A stretch of 64,000 nt of DNA from Patescibacteria group bacterium (lineage in GTDB: Bacteria; Patescibacteriota; Minisyncoccia; Phycocordibacterales; Phycocordibacteraceae), in NCBI GenBank assembly GCA_040384705.1, contig JAZKIU010000001.1, positions 89,907 through 153,906 on the forward strand, written 5' to 3'. The notes beneath the pieces were generated by a model. It saw nothing but the letters and a program-made list of their open reading frames with translations, was not told the DNA's origin and searched no databases. The position numbers and the translations under genes were made by a program. Shown in pieces: positions 38,000 through 50,213 of the stretch (position 1 is the stretch's first letter; every line of letters starts with the position of its first letter).

Positions 38000-40615
38000 A
38001 TGAAAAAATCACTCACATCCATCTTAGTGCTCGCGACGATATTCGGGCAGGTCCCAGCTCAAGTATTCGCTCAAACACCGGAGGAACCCTGCGTATACGA
38101 TGCCGATTTCAATCAACGCTGCCTGCAGGATGACGGAAGCATCCTGGAGATTCCGAATCCATTCTTCGAAGCGCGCGAAGCGCTTCGTGCGAGGGCTTCT
38201 ACGCTCGCGCTCTCTGCCTCTTGGAATGGGACAGGTGTTGCTTCTGTAACATCTCTCCCGATCGACACCGACGGCACGCTATCCGTATCCTATGTGCCGC
38301 ACCCGCAATCCATCACCATATGGGGTCGTAGCGCAGTGTTCGCGGACGTTCTCGCGTCGTCGACCCTGATGGCAAGCGTATTTGAGGGCGAGCTCGGGTC
38401 GAGTACGCTTGTCGCAGTGCAGGCCGCTTCGCACGATAGCGAAACCCAGTTACCCCTACACTTTGCTCGTGCAGGGAAGTATGTCATCGCGCTCACTGCT
38501 AACTTCCCGGATAGCGAAGAGGGCAGCGTGCCTGGGTTTACTGCAGATGCATTATGCGTGGGCGCAGAAGGCGATATATGCGCTACTCCCTCGTTCCCAT
38601 TCGATACATTCCGTTCGTTCGTCGAGAAAGGAAAGGAGCAGGAAGGAAGTGCGACAGGGGTTGGTGACTTCACCCCACCTATTCTCGGATTGCTTGAGAT
38701 AGAAGTGTCTGAAGGTGTAGTGACTGGAGCATCGAATGTCCTGTTCATTCCAGGATTCACGGCGAGCAGATTGTATACCAAGGAAGCGGGCGGGGATGAG
38801 CGTCGCTTGTGGGAGCCGAACGGCAGCGATGATGTGCGTGACCTGGCCTTGCTTCCGAATGGGACGAGCCCGCTTGCGGTCTATACGCGCGATATAGTCG
38901 ACTCCATCCTCGGTCTTCCTTTCGGGTTCACGGTGCATAAGAAGTTCATGGAGTATCTCGGTGGACTCAAGACTGAAGGAAAGATAGTGGACTGGAAAGG
39001 ATACCCGTACGACTGGCGCTATGACGTATTCGATGTGGTCGATAACGGTGCGCTTAAGGAGGATGGTTCTCGTGAATATCTAGAAACCGTCGTAGAAGGC
39101 CTCGCGGCATCTTCTAAGAACGGAAAGGTGGCAATTGTCGCGCATTCGAACGGCGGTCTGGTGGCGAAGGCGCTCCTGGTGCGGCTCCAAGCGGAAGGGA
39201 AGATGCATCTGGTAGATAAGCTGATACTTATCGCTTCCCCGCAGGCAGGCACTCCCAAGGGATTGTTCAGTCTCATGCACGGGCGAGATAAGCTCCTCAA
39301 CTACATCATTCCAGCTCCCGTGCTCCGTGCGACCATTACCACGCTTCCTGGGGCGTACGCGCTCGCGCCGTCGAACGCATACTTCGAAGAAGGACCGATG
39401 CCACTCGCGAGATTTCTCGCTGGGGGTAAGACTGACGGATTTGTCACGAGGTTCGGCGCAACGCTGGATTCTGCGGCTGAAGCCAGAAGCTTCGAACTGA
39501 ATGACCCAGTGTCACGTCCGGTGCCATCCGTTAACGACACGGGCACGCCCTTGCCACTTTCTTCAGCCTTGGTCGAGAAAATGGAAACGACGCATGCCAT
39601 TCTGGACGCATGGAGCGCTCCAACAGGAGTGGAGGTGTACGAGATAGCAGGGTGGGGTCAGCCGACTATCACCAGCGCCTCCTACTACACCATCAACGGT
39701 CCTTGCCCGGAGAGTCCGCTCTTCTGTACACGTCCGGTCATCGAATATGGCCCGCGCATATCAAGCGATGGTGATGAGACGGTCATGTCATCGAGTGCTT
39801 TGCTGCAGGGGAAGGGGAAGTATTTCAACCTCTCCAAATTAAATGAGGACTTCGATCAGAACCGGAAACATCTAAATATTACGGAATCTGAATTCACTCA
39901 TGAATACATTGGCAATGTCCTAGGTTTGGAAACCTCGTATGACCAGACCCTATTTGCTGAAGGGAAGCCTACAGTGTTCGCCCCCATCACTATAGTAGGA
40001 ATCCATTCACCCGCTGTTCTTCTCGCAAAGGATTCATCGGGAAATGAGACGGGTATATTCGCGAATCCAGCCAGTGATTTGATGTACGTGAAGGAAGAAA
40101 TTCCGGGCAGCAGTGTACAGTTGGGTGGAGAAGGTAAGTATCTCGTACTCCCGAAGACAGGAGCATACAGCCTTGCGATAGAAGGAACAGGAAGCGGAAC
40201 ATTCGATCTCACCTTCTCGAATGAGAATGGCCAGATGTTCAAGGAATTCAAAGGCCTTCCAGTGTCATCTTCAACCGAGGCAACATTATCGCTGTCGGGT
40301 ACGAACGTGGGTCAATTATCACTTGATGTGGATGGAGATGGTCAAGTCGATGCGAAGGTAAATGACAAGCTAACGCGTAAGGATGCGATAGCGATATGTA
40401 AGAAGGAAATTGGTCGCGTACCAACCATCTTCATACGACTGTATCTCGCGCTTGTTATTAGTAATATCGAGCTACAGGGGAAGGACGATAAAAAGTTCCT
40501 GAATTACATCACGGAAATAAGAAAGTATGTTCAAGCACAGATTAAAGCTATCCCCTCGCAACGTGCTGCAGGCATTGCGACCTGCATCAATGCACTGGAG
40601 AATAGCAAGAAGTAA
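38000..40615 (+). CDS. Secreted alpha/beta hydrolase, LCAT/phospholipase-like
   Basis: Signal peptide; FIPGFTASRL, YDWR, AHSNGG nucleophile elbow, SPQAGTP and GDETV motifs. Confidence 0.8.
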   Translation: MKKSLTSILVLATIFGQVPAQVFAQTPEEPCVYDADFNQRCLQDDGSILEIPNPFFEAREALRARASTLALSASWNGTGVASVTSLPIDTDGTLSVSYVPHPQSITIWGRSAVFADVLASSTLMASVFEGELGSSTLVAVQAASHDSETQLPLHFARAGKYVIALTANFPDSEEGSVPGFTADALCVGAEGDICATPSFPFDTFRSFVEKGKEQEGSATGVGDFTPPILGLLEIEVSEGVVTGASNVLFIPGFTASRLYTKEAGGDERRLWEPNGSDDVRDLALLPNGTSPLAVYTRDIVDSILGLPFGFTVHKKFMEYLGGLKTEGKIVDWKGYPYDWRYDVFDVVDNGALKEDGSREYLETVVEGLAASSKNGKVAIVAHSNGGLVAKALLVRLQAEGKMHLVDKLILIASPQAGTPKGLFSLMHGRDKLLNYIIPAPVLRATITTLPGAYALAPSNAYFEEGPMPLARFLAGGKTDGFVTRFGATLDSAAEARSFELNDPVSRPVPSVNDTGTPLPLSSALVEKMETTHAILDAWSAPTGVEVYEIAGWGQPTITSASYYTINGPCPESPLFCTRPVIEYGPRISSDGDETVMSSSALLQGKGKYFNLSKLNEDFDQNRKHLNITESEFTHEYIGNVLGLETSYDQTLFAEGKPTVFAPITIVGIHSPAVLLAKDSSGNETGIFANPASDLMYVKEEIPGSSVQLGGEGKYLVLPKTGAYSLAIEGTGSGTFDLTFSNENGQMFKEFKGLPVSSSTEATLSLSGTNVGQLSLDVDGDGQVDAKVNDKLTRKDAIAICKKEIGRVPTIFIRLYLALVISNIELQGKDDKKFLNYITEIRKYVQAQIKAIPSQRAAGIATCINALENSKK

Positions 40616-40617
40616 GC

Positions 40618-41049
40618 ATGAGATTTAAATCCTTATTTATAGTTGCAGGCGCGTTTGCAACGACAACTGCAGTCTATCTAATCTGGCCGGAATGGTTTGG
40701 ATTTTGTGCCCCACACCAAACTTCAAAAGGTCTAATTTGCTCATCCCCCTATGGCTATCCATACGGAGTTACTCTACTACCGCTCTCGCTCGCACTCTTA
40801 GGCGCCTCTCTCCTAGCTTTCTTCACAAGCGGGAAGACATTCAGGCGGTGGGCACGGTTCACACTCTGGTACGGCATCATTGCGGCCCTCATAACACTCA
40901 TTGTGCCTAATATAGGTATAAACGGAGGATTCGTATCACTCCCGCTCGTTGAGCTGCATATACTCGCTCAGATGCTGGCTTGGCTATATGTAGGCATATC
41001 GGTACTCCTTCTAGGTATTTCTGAGCTCATGAGCCGCCGGAAAGGATAG
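40618..41049 (+). CDS. 4-TM membrane protein coupled to the lipase
   Basis: Starts 2 nt after the lipase stop; four hydrophobic helices. Confidence 0.7.
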   Translation: MRFKSLFIVAGAFATTTAVYLIWPEWFGFCAPHQTSKGLICSSPYGYPYGVTLLPLSLALLGASLLAFFTSGKTFRRWARFTLWYGIIAALITLIVPNIGINGGFVSLPLVELHILAQMLAWLYVGISVLLLGISELMSRRKG

Positions 41050-41071
41050 GGCAAGCAAATACCTGGATGAT

Positions 41072-41100
41072 TTGCATTTATATAGGCCTTTATATATAGT
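41072..41100 (+). promoter_or_regulatory. sigma70 promoter of rpsL-rpsG
   Basis: TTGCAT-17-TATAGT. Confidence 0.7.
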
Positions 41101-41135
41101 GTGCCTAACTCCCACGGGGGAGTTTTCATTTCGAA

Positions 41136-41546
41136 ATGGCAACCATCAACCAGCTCACGAAGAAGGCACGTAAGCCACTGACCCGCAAAACGAAGGTCGT
41201 GGCTCTTGGACGTGGCTTCAACACCCTTAAGAACCGCCCTACCTTCTATTCGGCGCCGTTCAAGCGTGGCGTGTGTGTGAAGGTCACCACCAAGACTCCC
41301 CGCAAGCCTAACTCCGCTATCCGTAAGATAGCTCGCGTGCGCCTCACCAACGGGATGGAAGTCACTGCCTACATCCCAGGCGAGGGCCACAACCTCCAGG
41401 AGCACTCCGTGGTCATGCTCCGCGGTGGTCGCGTGAAGGACATCGGTGTCCAGTACACCATCGTCCGCGGTCGCCTCGACACTGCAGGTCTTGATAAGCG
41501 CCGCCGTTCCCGTTCCCGTTACGGTGCTAAGAAGCCTAAGGCGTAG
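41136..41546 (+). CDS. rpsL: 30S ribosomal protein S12
   Basis: KRGVC, PNSAIRK, RVRLTNG and GHNLQEHS motifs. Confidence 0.98.
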   Translation: MATINQLTKKARKPLTRKTKVVALGRGFNTLKNRPTFYSAPFKRGVCVKVTTKTPRKPNSAIRKIARVRLTNGMEVTAYIPGEGHNLQEHSVVMLRGGRVKDIGVQYTIVRGRLDTAGLDKRRRSRSRYGAKKPKA

Positions 41547-41561
41547 TTTTCATATACCACC

Positions 41562-42026
41562 ATGCGACACCCCGTAAAGAACAAATACCCGCGCCGCCCT
41601 GACCTCGTCTATGGTTCGGAGGCTATTTCACGCTTCATCAACACCGTCATGTGGGACGGCAAGAAGGATACTGCCCGCAAGATCGTCTACGATGCGCTCG
41701 ACCTCATCAAGGCGCAGGAGATGGATCCACTCGAGACCTTCGAGACCGCTATCCGCAACGTTTCTCCGCTCATGGAGGTCCGCTCCCGTCGCGTCGGTGG
41801 CGCTAACTACCAGGTCCCGCGCGAAGTGCCGCAGCAGCGCCGCGTCTCCCTCGCGTACCGTTGGCTCATCAACTCCGCTCGCGCCAAGAAGGGCAAGCCT
41901 ATGGCAGCGAAGCTCGCGGAGGAAATCCTCCTCGCCGTTAAGAACGAAGGTACGGCGATCAAGAAGAAGGACGACATGCACCGTATGGCCGAGGCCAACA
42001 AGGCATTCGCCCACTTCGCTTGGTAA
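41562..42026 (+). CDS. rpsG: 30S ribosomal protein S7
   Basis: [15 protein letters not shown] and [12 protein letters not shown] motifs. Confidence 0.98.
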   Translation: MRHPVKNKYPRRPDLVYGSEAISRFINTVMWDGKKDTARKIVYDALDLIKAQEMDPLETFETAIRNVSPLMEVRSRRVGGANYQVPREVPQQRRVSLAYRWLINSARAKKGKPMAAKLAEEILLAVKNEGTAIKKKDDMHRMAEANKAFAHFAW

Positions 42027-42032
42027 GAAGTA

Positions 42033-42057
42033 CAAACCGCCCGAAAGGGCGGTTTTG
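42033..42057 (+). terminator. Terminator after rpsG
   Basis: CAAACCGCCC-GAAA-GGGCGGTTTTG. Confidence 0.8.
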
Positions 42058-42136
42058 CGTAACGCACCCTCCTCCCTTGTATTTATGCCTTCCAGGCGTA
42101 GGGTGAACACGGAGGCAGTTTTCATGGAGATTCATT

Positions 42137-42334
42137 ATGTATTGCCATCATCATCCAAGGTGTCCCGCTCTTCCGAGCGGTACGGATGAAGCCGGACTCA
42201 GGTGCGGCCCGCGAAGCGGCGAATGCACCGGAAACGTGTGTCGGAAGAACGGGTTCCGGCCGGAACCCGAGCCGATTCCGGAACTCGGTCTCAATCTCGA
42301 GCCCTATCGAGCCGACGGCTCGCGCTACTACTAG
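42137..42334 (+). CDS. Small Cys/His-rich hypothetical protein
   Basis: GGAG SD; five Cys; hairpin at 42357-42378. Confidence 0.4.
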   Translation: MYCHHHPRCPALPSGTDEAGLRCGPRSGECTGNVCRKNGFRPEPEPIPELGLNLEPYRADGSRYY

Positions 42335-42443
42335 CAAGAAAAAGAACGGAAAACGAAGAGGCGCCACCGGGCGCCTCTGTTTTTATGGACGGAGTTAAAG
42401 AAAAGCGCGTCCCGAGGGGCGCGCTTCCTTCTAGTAGAACGAC

Positions 42444-42770
42444 CTACTCAAGTTCCGAGAACTCCGATTGCTTTCGAGCGAGCAGCAGTGCGTTCCATGC
42501 GCCCGAGACATCAGAGAAGTTGAAGGGGCTGGCCGTGAGATCGCGAGCGTATCCTTCACGAATCCAGAATTGCCCGCTCATGGGGTCGAAGACGATTGTG
42601 TACGGCCATGCGGTGCTTGGCCGGTCTCCATGGATGAAAACAGGACTATCGTCATGGATAAGGTCGATGAAGATAGTGACCGCCTCCTGATTCCGGTCAT
42701 TTGCAACGCCTGCCCGCTTAAACCCCCAGCATTTGAGCCAACCTCCATACCTGCATTTGCACGTGAACAT
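42444..42770 (-). CDS. Hypothetical protein
   Basis: AGGAG SD; hairpin at 42403-42426 downstream. Confidence 0.5.
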   Translation of the reverse strand: MFTCKCRYGGWLKCWGFKRAGVANDRNQEAVTIFIDLIHDDSPVFIHGDRPSTAWPYTIVFDPMSGQFWIREGYARDLTASPFNFSDVSGAWNALLLARKQSEFSELE

Positions 42771-42813
42771 GCTCTTCTCCTGAGCTAACTCTTCCGTATT
42801 TCACCCTACACCT

Positions 42814-43125
42814 ATGCAGAAAAAGCGGGAAGAGGACCCGGTGCGTATATACTGGAGCCACATGGACGAGGTAGTATTCGACTCCGAAAAGGATCCTGCG
42901 CTCATGCGTCGGTCGAATGCGAAGCGTGCAGGGCTTCCGCTCGGGCAATTGATAACTCCCGGACCCAAGAAGGATGAGGGCAAGATGGAGAAGGTGGTGC
43001 TTGGCGTGCTTGGAACGGTGCTCGCTACGTCAGTATTCGTAGCGTTCAAGACGCAGCCGACGGAGATCGTGGTACTTACGCCTATCGACGCGAGCGTTAT
43101 CAATCCGGCCATCATCAAGCAGTAG
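42814..43125 (+). CDS. Hypothetical single-TM protein
   Basis: One hydrophobic helix; ends 2 nt before a pilin gene. Confidence 0.55.
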   Translation: MQKKREEDPVRIYWSHMDEVVFDSEKDPALMRRSNAKRAGLPLGQLITPGPKKDEGKMEKVVLGVLGTVLATSVFVAFKTQPTEIVVLTPIDASVINPAIIKQ

Positions 43126-43127
43126 AC

Positions 43128-43601
43128 ATGGAACGCTCAACCAATCGTGGGTTCACCCTCATCGAGCTTCTCGTGGTCATCGCTATCATCGGCATCCTCT
43201 CGTCGGTAGTGCTCTCCTCGCTAAATGTCGCCCGCAACAAGGCGAACGATGCCCGCAGGCGTTCCGATGTGAGCCAGCTTATCAAGTCCATAAACAGCTA
43301 CTACAGCAGCACCGGTTCCTTGCCGCGCACGTCGGGGTGGTGCACCTACGTCTCGAACCCGACGAGCGGCATGGGCGCGGCGTTCCAGTCCGATCTCATC
43401 CCGACGTATATCTCCAAGATGCCACTCGATCCGTTCTATGCGAACCAGACAGGCGATTATTTCTATGCGAACGAGAACGATAACAGCGGGCGCTTCACGG
43501 TCTGCGCCGTACTTAACCAGGATCCGGGCACATCCGAGCCCTCGACCCTTACCGGCTGCGCCGGATGGACCACTTCGTATAATCACTGCGTGAGCCAGTA
43601 A
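43128..43601 (+). CDS. Type IV pilin
   Basis: RG|FTLIELLVVIAIIGILSSVV; P.DP motif; Cys pairs. Confidence 0.92.
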   Translation: MERSTNRGFTLIELLVVIAIIGILSSVVLSSLNVARNKANDARRRSDVSQLIKSINSYYSSTGSLPRTSGWCTYVSNPTSGMGAAFQSDLIPTYISKMPLDPFYANQTGDYFYANENDNSGRFTVCAVLNQDPGTSEPSTLTGCAGWTTSYNHCVSQ

Positions 43602-43635
43602 TAGTCGAGGGGCGCGGATTCTCATCCGCGCCCCA

Positions 43636-43962
43636 TCAATTCATCTGCATGCCCTTTAGCCCATTCGTGAAGCCGAAGGGTTCCAGATCCACAACTTCTC
43701 GTTTCTGCCATTTCTGGCCGCGGTCGTCATACGCGACCGTGAGACTGAAACCAACACCGAAGATGCCGCCATCTATGGCCATGAAGCACGGCTCGTTCTC
43801 TCCGAGCATTGGTAGCCGTAACCCTGTAGGCGGTCTACTCACCCCTTCTGTCGGTTCAAGGACATAGGCCCTGATTGCTTTTATTTTCGCCGAGGCTTCC
43901 TGGTCGGGCATGCGCTCGAAACCCAGCTCCTCCAGCTTATCGACGTACTTGCTTTGGGACAT
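43636..43962 (-). CDS. Hypothetical protein
   Basis: GGAGG SD; shares the hairpin at 43609-43634. Confidence 0.6.
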   Translation of the reverse strand: MSQSKYVDKLEELGFERMPDQEASAKIKAIRAYVLEPTEGVSRPPTGLRLPMLGENEPCFMAIDGGIFGVGFSLTVAYDDRGQKWQKREVVDLEPFGFTNGLKGMQMN

Positions 43963-44007
43963 CGCATTTCCTCCAAGAAACGTTCCGTGAGGAATCTAGC
44001 ACCTCGT

Positions 44008-44036
44008 TTGCTTTTTGTCCCCGTTTTCCGTATCTT
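44008..44036 (+). promoter_or_regulatory. sigma70 promoter of fusA
   Basis: TTGCTT-17-TATCTT. Confidence 0.65.
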
Positions 44037-44076
44037 ATGACTAACGCCTCGGCGGCTTTTTACTTTAATTACCTAT

Positions 44077-46224
<2,148 letters not shown>

Positions 46225-46240
46225 TCTTACGTTCGTAAGG

Positions 46241-46273
46241 ACAAAGAGCCGCTTCAAGCGGCTCTTTGTTTTT
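46241..46273 (+). terminator. Terminator after fusA
   Basis: ACAAAGAGCCGCT-TCA-AGCGGCTCTTTGTTTTT. Confidence 0.85.
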
Positions 46274-46321
46274 GCCTGCGCGTGCTAGGATTCCGTCGGG
46301 ATAGAACAATAGGGGAATGGG

Positions 46322-46699
46322 ATGAAAGAAGACTTTGATTTGTACCCGCTCGTCATTTGGGTCGGGCCCACGAATATCGCCAGGCCCTCGTTCGAGAATC
46401 ACGAGGATTCCTATATCGTCAGCATTAGCTCGCTTGGGCCTTTCTACCTGGAAGCCCCGTACTCTCTAGAAGAGGCCGTGGGGCTACCCTTGCTTCGGGA
46501 AGCCGCCCATACCTATCGGTACGCCGGACCATCCCGAGTCCCATGCAGCCCTGAATTTGGCATGGACACCATAGATGGAGGCCAGGAGCTGAAGTGGTGG
46601 GAGGAGGCACCGCACGGTGTACCTCCGCTTCGTCTCGGAAGGGCAGGGCAAACGGCCAGTAAGGTTCCCCTTCGGCGCACGGGAAAGCGCAATTCATAA
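46322..46699 (+). CDS. Hypothetical protein
   Basis: AGGGGA SD; hairpin at 46707-46729. Confidence 0.5.
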   Translation: MKEDFDLYPLVIWVGPTNIARPSFENHEDSYIVSISSLGPFYLEAPYSLEEAVGLPLLREAAHTYRYAGPSRVPCSPEFGMDTIDGGQELKWWEEAPHGVPPLRLGRAGQTASKVPLRRTGKRNS

Positions 46700-46783
46700 G
46701 GGTGCTAGGGCGGCCAAACGGCCGCCCTTTCCTTATCCCGAAGTGCTACTTTCCCTCTTTTTCCACCATGCTACCGTTTTGGT

Positions 46784-47257
46784 ATGAACACACGGAAAAA
46801 CCTGCTCCTGGGAGCGCTCCTGCTCATCGCTATAGCCGCAGCCGGGGCGCTGTATATGCGAGGGGACCTTGATTTCAAGAAGATGGAACTGGCTAAGATG
46901 CCGGAGGTAGCGGAAACGAACGATGCCGATCACGTGCATGCAGCAGAGGATTTCAGTTGGAAGTTCGAGGATGCTGGGGAAAAGGATGGTGCCCCGCAGA
47001 CCACCGTTACGCTTATGCACGGCACCGAAAGCAAGAAGGTGGGCACGTACACGGGCTCATGCGCGGAACTAGCTGCGGAGAATCTCCAGCCAGGCCAGGT
47101 CTCAGGAGTCCTTTGCTGGTTCGCGGGCGGAGGTGACGAGATTGGGGTGTTCGAGGAGGGGGGCGAGTACGTCGTTAAGGTGGGTCAGCAGGAGGAGTCG
47201 ACTGCGGAATCGAACGGTTTCCGAGGTGATTTCCGCACCGAGTTCACGCTCGAGTAG
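46784..47257 (+). CDS. Exported or membrane-anchored hypothetical protein
   Basis: N-terminal TM helix; GSC and CWFAGGG motifs. Confidence 0.7.
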   Translation: MNTRKNLLLGALLLIAIAAAGALYMRGDLDFKKMELAKMPEVAETNDADHVHAAEDFSWKFEDAGEKDGAPQTTVTLMHGTESKKVGTYTGSCAELAAENLQPGQVSGVLCWFAGGGDEIGVFEEGGEYVVKVGQQEESTAESNGFRGDFRTEFTLE

Positions 47258-47312
47258 CCATCAATACGCCTGGGCGTGCCGGATAGGCATAGTGGTATAG
47301 TTGGATTGCTTC

Positions 47313-47786
47313 ATGGATCGCAACTTACGAGGATTCACCGTCATAGAGTTGCTGATGGTCGTCGCGATCATCAGCTTACTGGTCGCGGTAGCCCTGACCT
47401 CGACGGGGATAGCGCGCGATAAAGCGAACGATGCGGGGATAAAGCAGCAGATCTCGAATATGCGTCCCGCGGCTGAATTGTATTACAGCACCAACGGATC
47501 GTATCGTGAGATCTGCAACCCGGCCCATATCACCGGCAAGATGTTCATCGCCGCCGTCAGGTTTGCGGGCCCGGGGGCGTCCGCCGCGTACTGCCTATCG
47601 GACATCTCGGAATACTATTACCTGGACTCGAATGGGAACATCGTGGTTGGACCGAAAGCAGCCATGCCGTCGAGATGGGCAGCGTCCGTAGAACTGCGCC
47701 AGGGCGGGTACTTCTGCGCGGATTACCGGGGTACCGCGAAGGTGACGAGCACCATGACCATCAGCCCTACGGACGTGGATTGCTGA
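47313..47786 (+). CDS. Type IV pilin
   Basis: RG|FTVIELLMVVAII; AELYY; C-terminal YFCAD..G. Confidence 0.9.
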   Translation: MDRNLRGFTVIELLMVVAIISLLVAVALTSTGIARDKANDAGIKQQISNMRPAAELYYSTNGSYREICNPAHITGKMFIAAVRFAGPGASAAYCLSDISEYYYLDSNGNIVVGPKAAMPSRWAASVELRQGGYFCADYRGTAKVTSTMTISPTDVDC

Positions 47787-47800
47787 TTAGGGCGCATTTC

Positions 47801-47987
47801 TTGACCTATCAATACTCTGGCTGTATCTTAGCTATTAACGCGAGTACGGCGCTCTTTTCAATGTTCCTCTCATAGGGAACTGGTGGAAAGCGCTGCGCGG
47901 GTAACGCCTACCGCCTTGGTCGCCTGTCTTTTAAAACAGGCAGGCGCGGCAAAGTTATAACTTTAGCTACCAGTAACTTACGAACCT
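47801..47987 (+). promoter_or_regulatory. tuf-rpsJ promoter and ~150-nt structured leader
   Basis: TTGACC-17-TATCTT; nested hairpins; palindrome AAAGTTATAACTTT at 47951-47964. Confidence 0.6.
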
Positions 47988-49190
47988 ATGGCAGATGCAT
48001 TCGATCGCAGCAAGCCGCACATGAACGTGGGCACCATCGGCCACGTTGACCACGGCAAGACGACTCTTACGGCCGCTATCCTGAACGTCCTCAACCTCAA
48101 CTCCGCAGCAGGCTACAAGGCCCGCGCAGAGAAGGTCGAGAACATCGACAACGCTCCGGAAGAGAAGGCGCGTGGTATTACCATTGCGCTTCACCACTCG
48201 GAGTACGAGTCACCGAACCGCCACTACGCACACATCGATGCGCCGGGCCACGCTGACTACATCAAGAACATGATCACTGGTGCCGCCCAGATGGACGGCG
48301 CAGTCCTCGTGGTCGCGGCTACTGACGGCGCCATGCCGCAGACCCGTGAGCACATCCTTCTCGCCAAGCAGGTTGGTGTGCCGCGCCTCATCATCTTCCT
48401 CAACAAGGTAGATATGGTTGATGACGCGGACATGCTCGACCTCGTGGAGGAAGAGATGCGCGAACTCCTTACCAAGCAGGGCTACGACGGCGCAGCTACC
48501 CCGGTCATCCGTGGTTCTGGCTTGAAGGCACTCGAAGCGTCCGCAGCAGACGACCAGTGGGCGCTTAAGGTGAAGGAGCTCGTGGACACCATGGACACGT
48601 ACTTCCCGCAGCCAGAGCGCGAGCTCGACAAGCCGTTCCTCATGCCTATCGAGGACATCTTCTCGATCGAAGGTCGCGGAACCGTTATCACGGGCCGCAT
48701 CGAGCGCGGCGTCATCAAGGTCGGTGAGGAAGTCGAAATAGTCGGCCTCCACCCAACCGCGAAGACGACCGTCACCGGTATCGAGATGTTCAACAAGCAG
48801 CTCCAGGAAGGCCAGGCAGGCGACAACGCAGGTATCCTTCTCCGTGGTACGAAGAAGGAGGACGTGCACCGCGGCCAGGTCCTCGCGAAGTCAGGTTCGG
48901 TTACCCCGCACACCGACTTCGAAGCAGAGGTCTACGTCCTTTCCAAGGACGAAGGCGGGCGCCACACGCCGTTCTTCACGGGATACAAGCCGCAGTTCTA
49001 CATCCGCACCACGGATGTGACCGGCGAAGTGACCCTTCCAGACGGCAAGGAGATGGTAATGCCGGGCGACACCGTGACCTTCAAGGTCAAGCTCACCGCG
49101 CCTATCGCGCTCGAAGAGAACTTCCGTTTCTCCGTCCGCGAAGGTGGTAAGACGGTCGGCGCCGGCGTCGTGACCAAGATCACCGCGTAA
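47988..49190 (+). CDS. tuf: Elongation factor Tu
   Basis: [26 protein letters not shown] and REGGKTVG motifs. Confidence 0.99.
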   Translation: MADAFDRSKPHMNVGTIGHVDHGKTTLTAAILNVLNLNSAAGYKARAEKVENIDNAPEEKARGITIALHHSEYESPNRHYAHIDAPGHADYIKNMITGAAQMDGAVLVVAATDGAMPQTREHILLAKQVGVPRLIIFLNKVDMVDDADMLDLVEEEMRELLTKQGYDGAATPVIRGSGLKALEASAADDQWALKVKELVDTMDTYFPQPERELDKPFLMPIEDIFSIEGRGTVITGRIERGVIKVGEEVEIVGLHPTAKTTVTGIEMFNKQLQEGQAGDNAGILLRGTKKEDVHRGQVLAKSGSVTPHTDFEAEVYVLSKDEGGRHTPFFTGYKPQFYIRTTDVTGEVTLPDGKEMVMPGDTVTFKVKLTAPIALEENFRFSVREGGKTVGAGVVTKITA

Positions 49191-49211
49191 TAGCGTGCTA
49201 CCCTGACTCGT

Positions 49212-49574
49212 ATGGCAGCCACTAAAGCGAAGAAGACGGCGAAAAAGGACGCAAGCGCGCCCGCCGCGGAGCCAAAGCTTCGCATCCGTGTCCGCGCCTA
49301 CGAGCATAAGATCCTCGACCTCTCGGTGAAGCAGATCATGGATACGGCGAACCGCTTCGATGCGTCAATCGTCGGGCCCATCCCGCTTCCGACTGAGATA
49401 AAGCGCTGGACCGTGAACCGTTCGACGTTCGTCCACAAGGACGCGCGCGAGCAGTTCGAGATGCGTATCCACAAGCGCCTCATCGATATCATGTCCCCGA
49501 ACCCGAAGGTCATCGAGGCTCTCACGAATCTCAACCTTCCGTCCGGTGTCACGATCGATGTGAAGATGGTGTAA
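49212..49574 (+). CDS. rpsJ: 30S ribosomal protein S10
   Basis: RIRVRAYEH, GPIPLPT and HKDAREQFE motifs; N-terminal K/A extension. Confidence 0.97.
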   Translation: MAATKAKKTAKKDASAPAAEPKLRIRVRAYEHKILDLSVKQIMDTANRFDASIVGPIPLPTEIKRWTVNRSTFVHKDAREQFEMRIHKRLIDIMSPNPKVIEALTNLNLPSGVTIDVKMV

Positions 49575-49592
49575 GCAATCTGCTTACGACCG

Positions 49593-49626
49593 AAGCAAAA
49601 CCGCCCGCGAGGGCGGTTTTGCTTTT
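49593..49626 (+). terminator. Terminator after rpsJ
   Basis: AAGCAAAACCGCCC-GCGA-GGGCGGTTTTGCTTTT. Confidence 0.85.
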
Positions 49627-49673
49627 CTAGATTATGTAATGCAGTATGACCCGCAGAAACAGGAGAATCTCTT

Positions 49674-50090
49674 ATGAGCGATATTACGTCTACCCGGCGT
49701 ACGGAATCGGCCTTGCTTGGAGCGGTGTCCATCACCCTGCTCTCAGTTTTGGTGGTCGCCAACATCCCACTGTTCGATGGGTTTCTTTCGGACATCGCCT
49801 GGGGCTTCCGCTTCGCGTGGACGATGTTCCTGGTCAGCCTCATCGGGTTCATGTTCGTGCCGTGGGAGGCGAAGCCATTACTGCGGCGGCTCGGCTCCTA
49901 TGTTCTCGTGCCGGCTGCGACAGGCCTCCTCTTCTACGGCGTGACGCAACTGCGCTCAGCCATGAGCTCGCCCGGCGAAGAGATGGAGATGTGTCTCTTC
50001 CTTGCGAACGCCGTGCTGCCTTGGGGACAGGTGATGTTCATTCCCATGGCCGTCATCATCTTCCTCATCAGTCGTCGGCACAGAGCCTAG
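49674..50090 (+). CDS. Hypothetical 4-TM membrane protein
   Basis: AGGAG SD; hydrophobic helices; hairpin at 50116-50143. Confidence 0.65.
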   Translation: MSDITSTRRTESALLGAVSITLLSVLVVANIPLFDGFLSDIAWGFRFAWTMFLVSLIGFMFVPWEAKPLLRRLGSYVLVPAATGLLFYGVTQLRSAMSSPGEEMEMCLFLANAVLPWGQVMFIPMAVIIFLISRRHRA

Positions 50091-50213
50091 AGTTCTCGAC
50101 GGCGATTGTGTAAAAGGCGCTCCGGCTACGGCCGGGGCGTTTTACTTTCATTAACTAGTCAGCTGATTTCAGTTAGAGTATGCTCAGCGACTGGTCTTTA
50201 GGGAGTATCAAAG

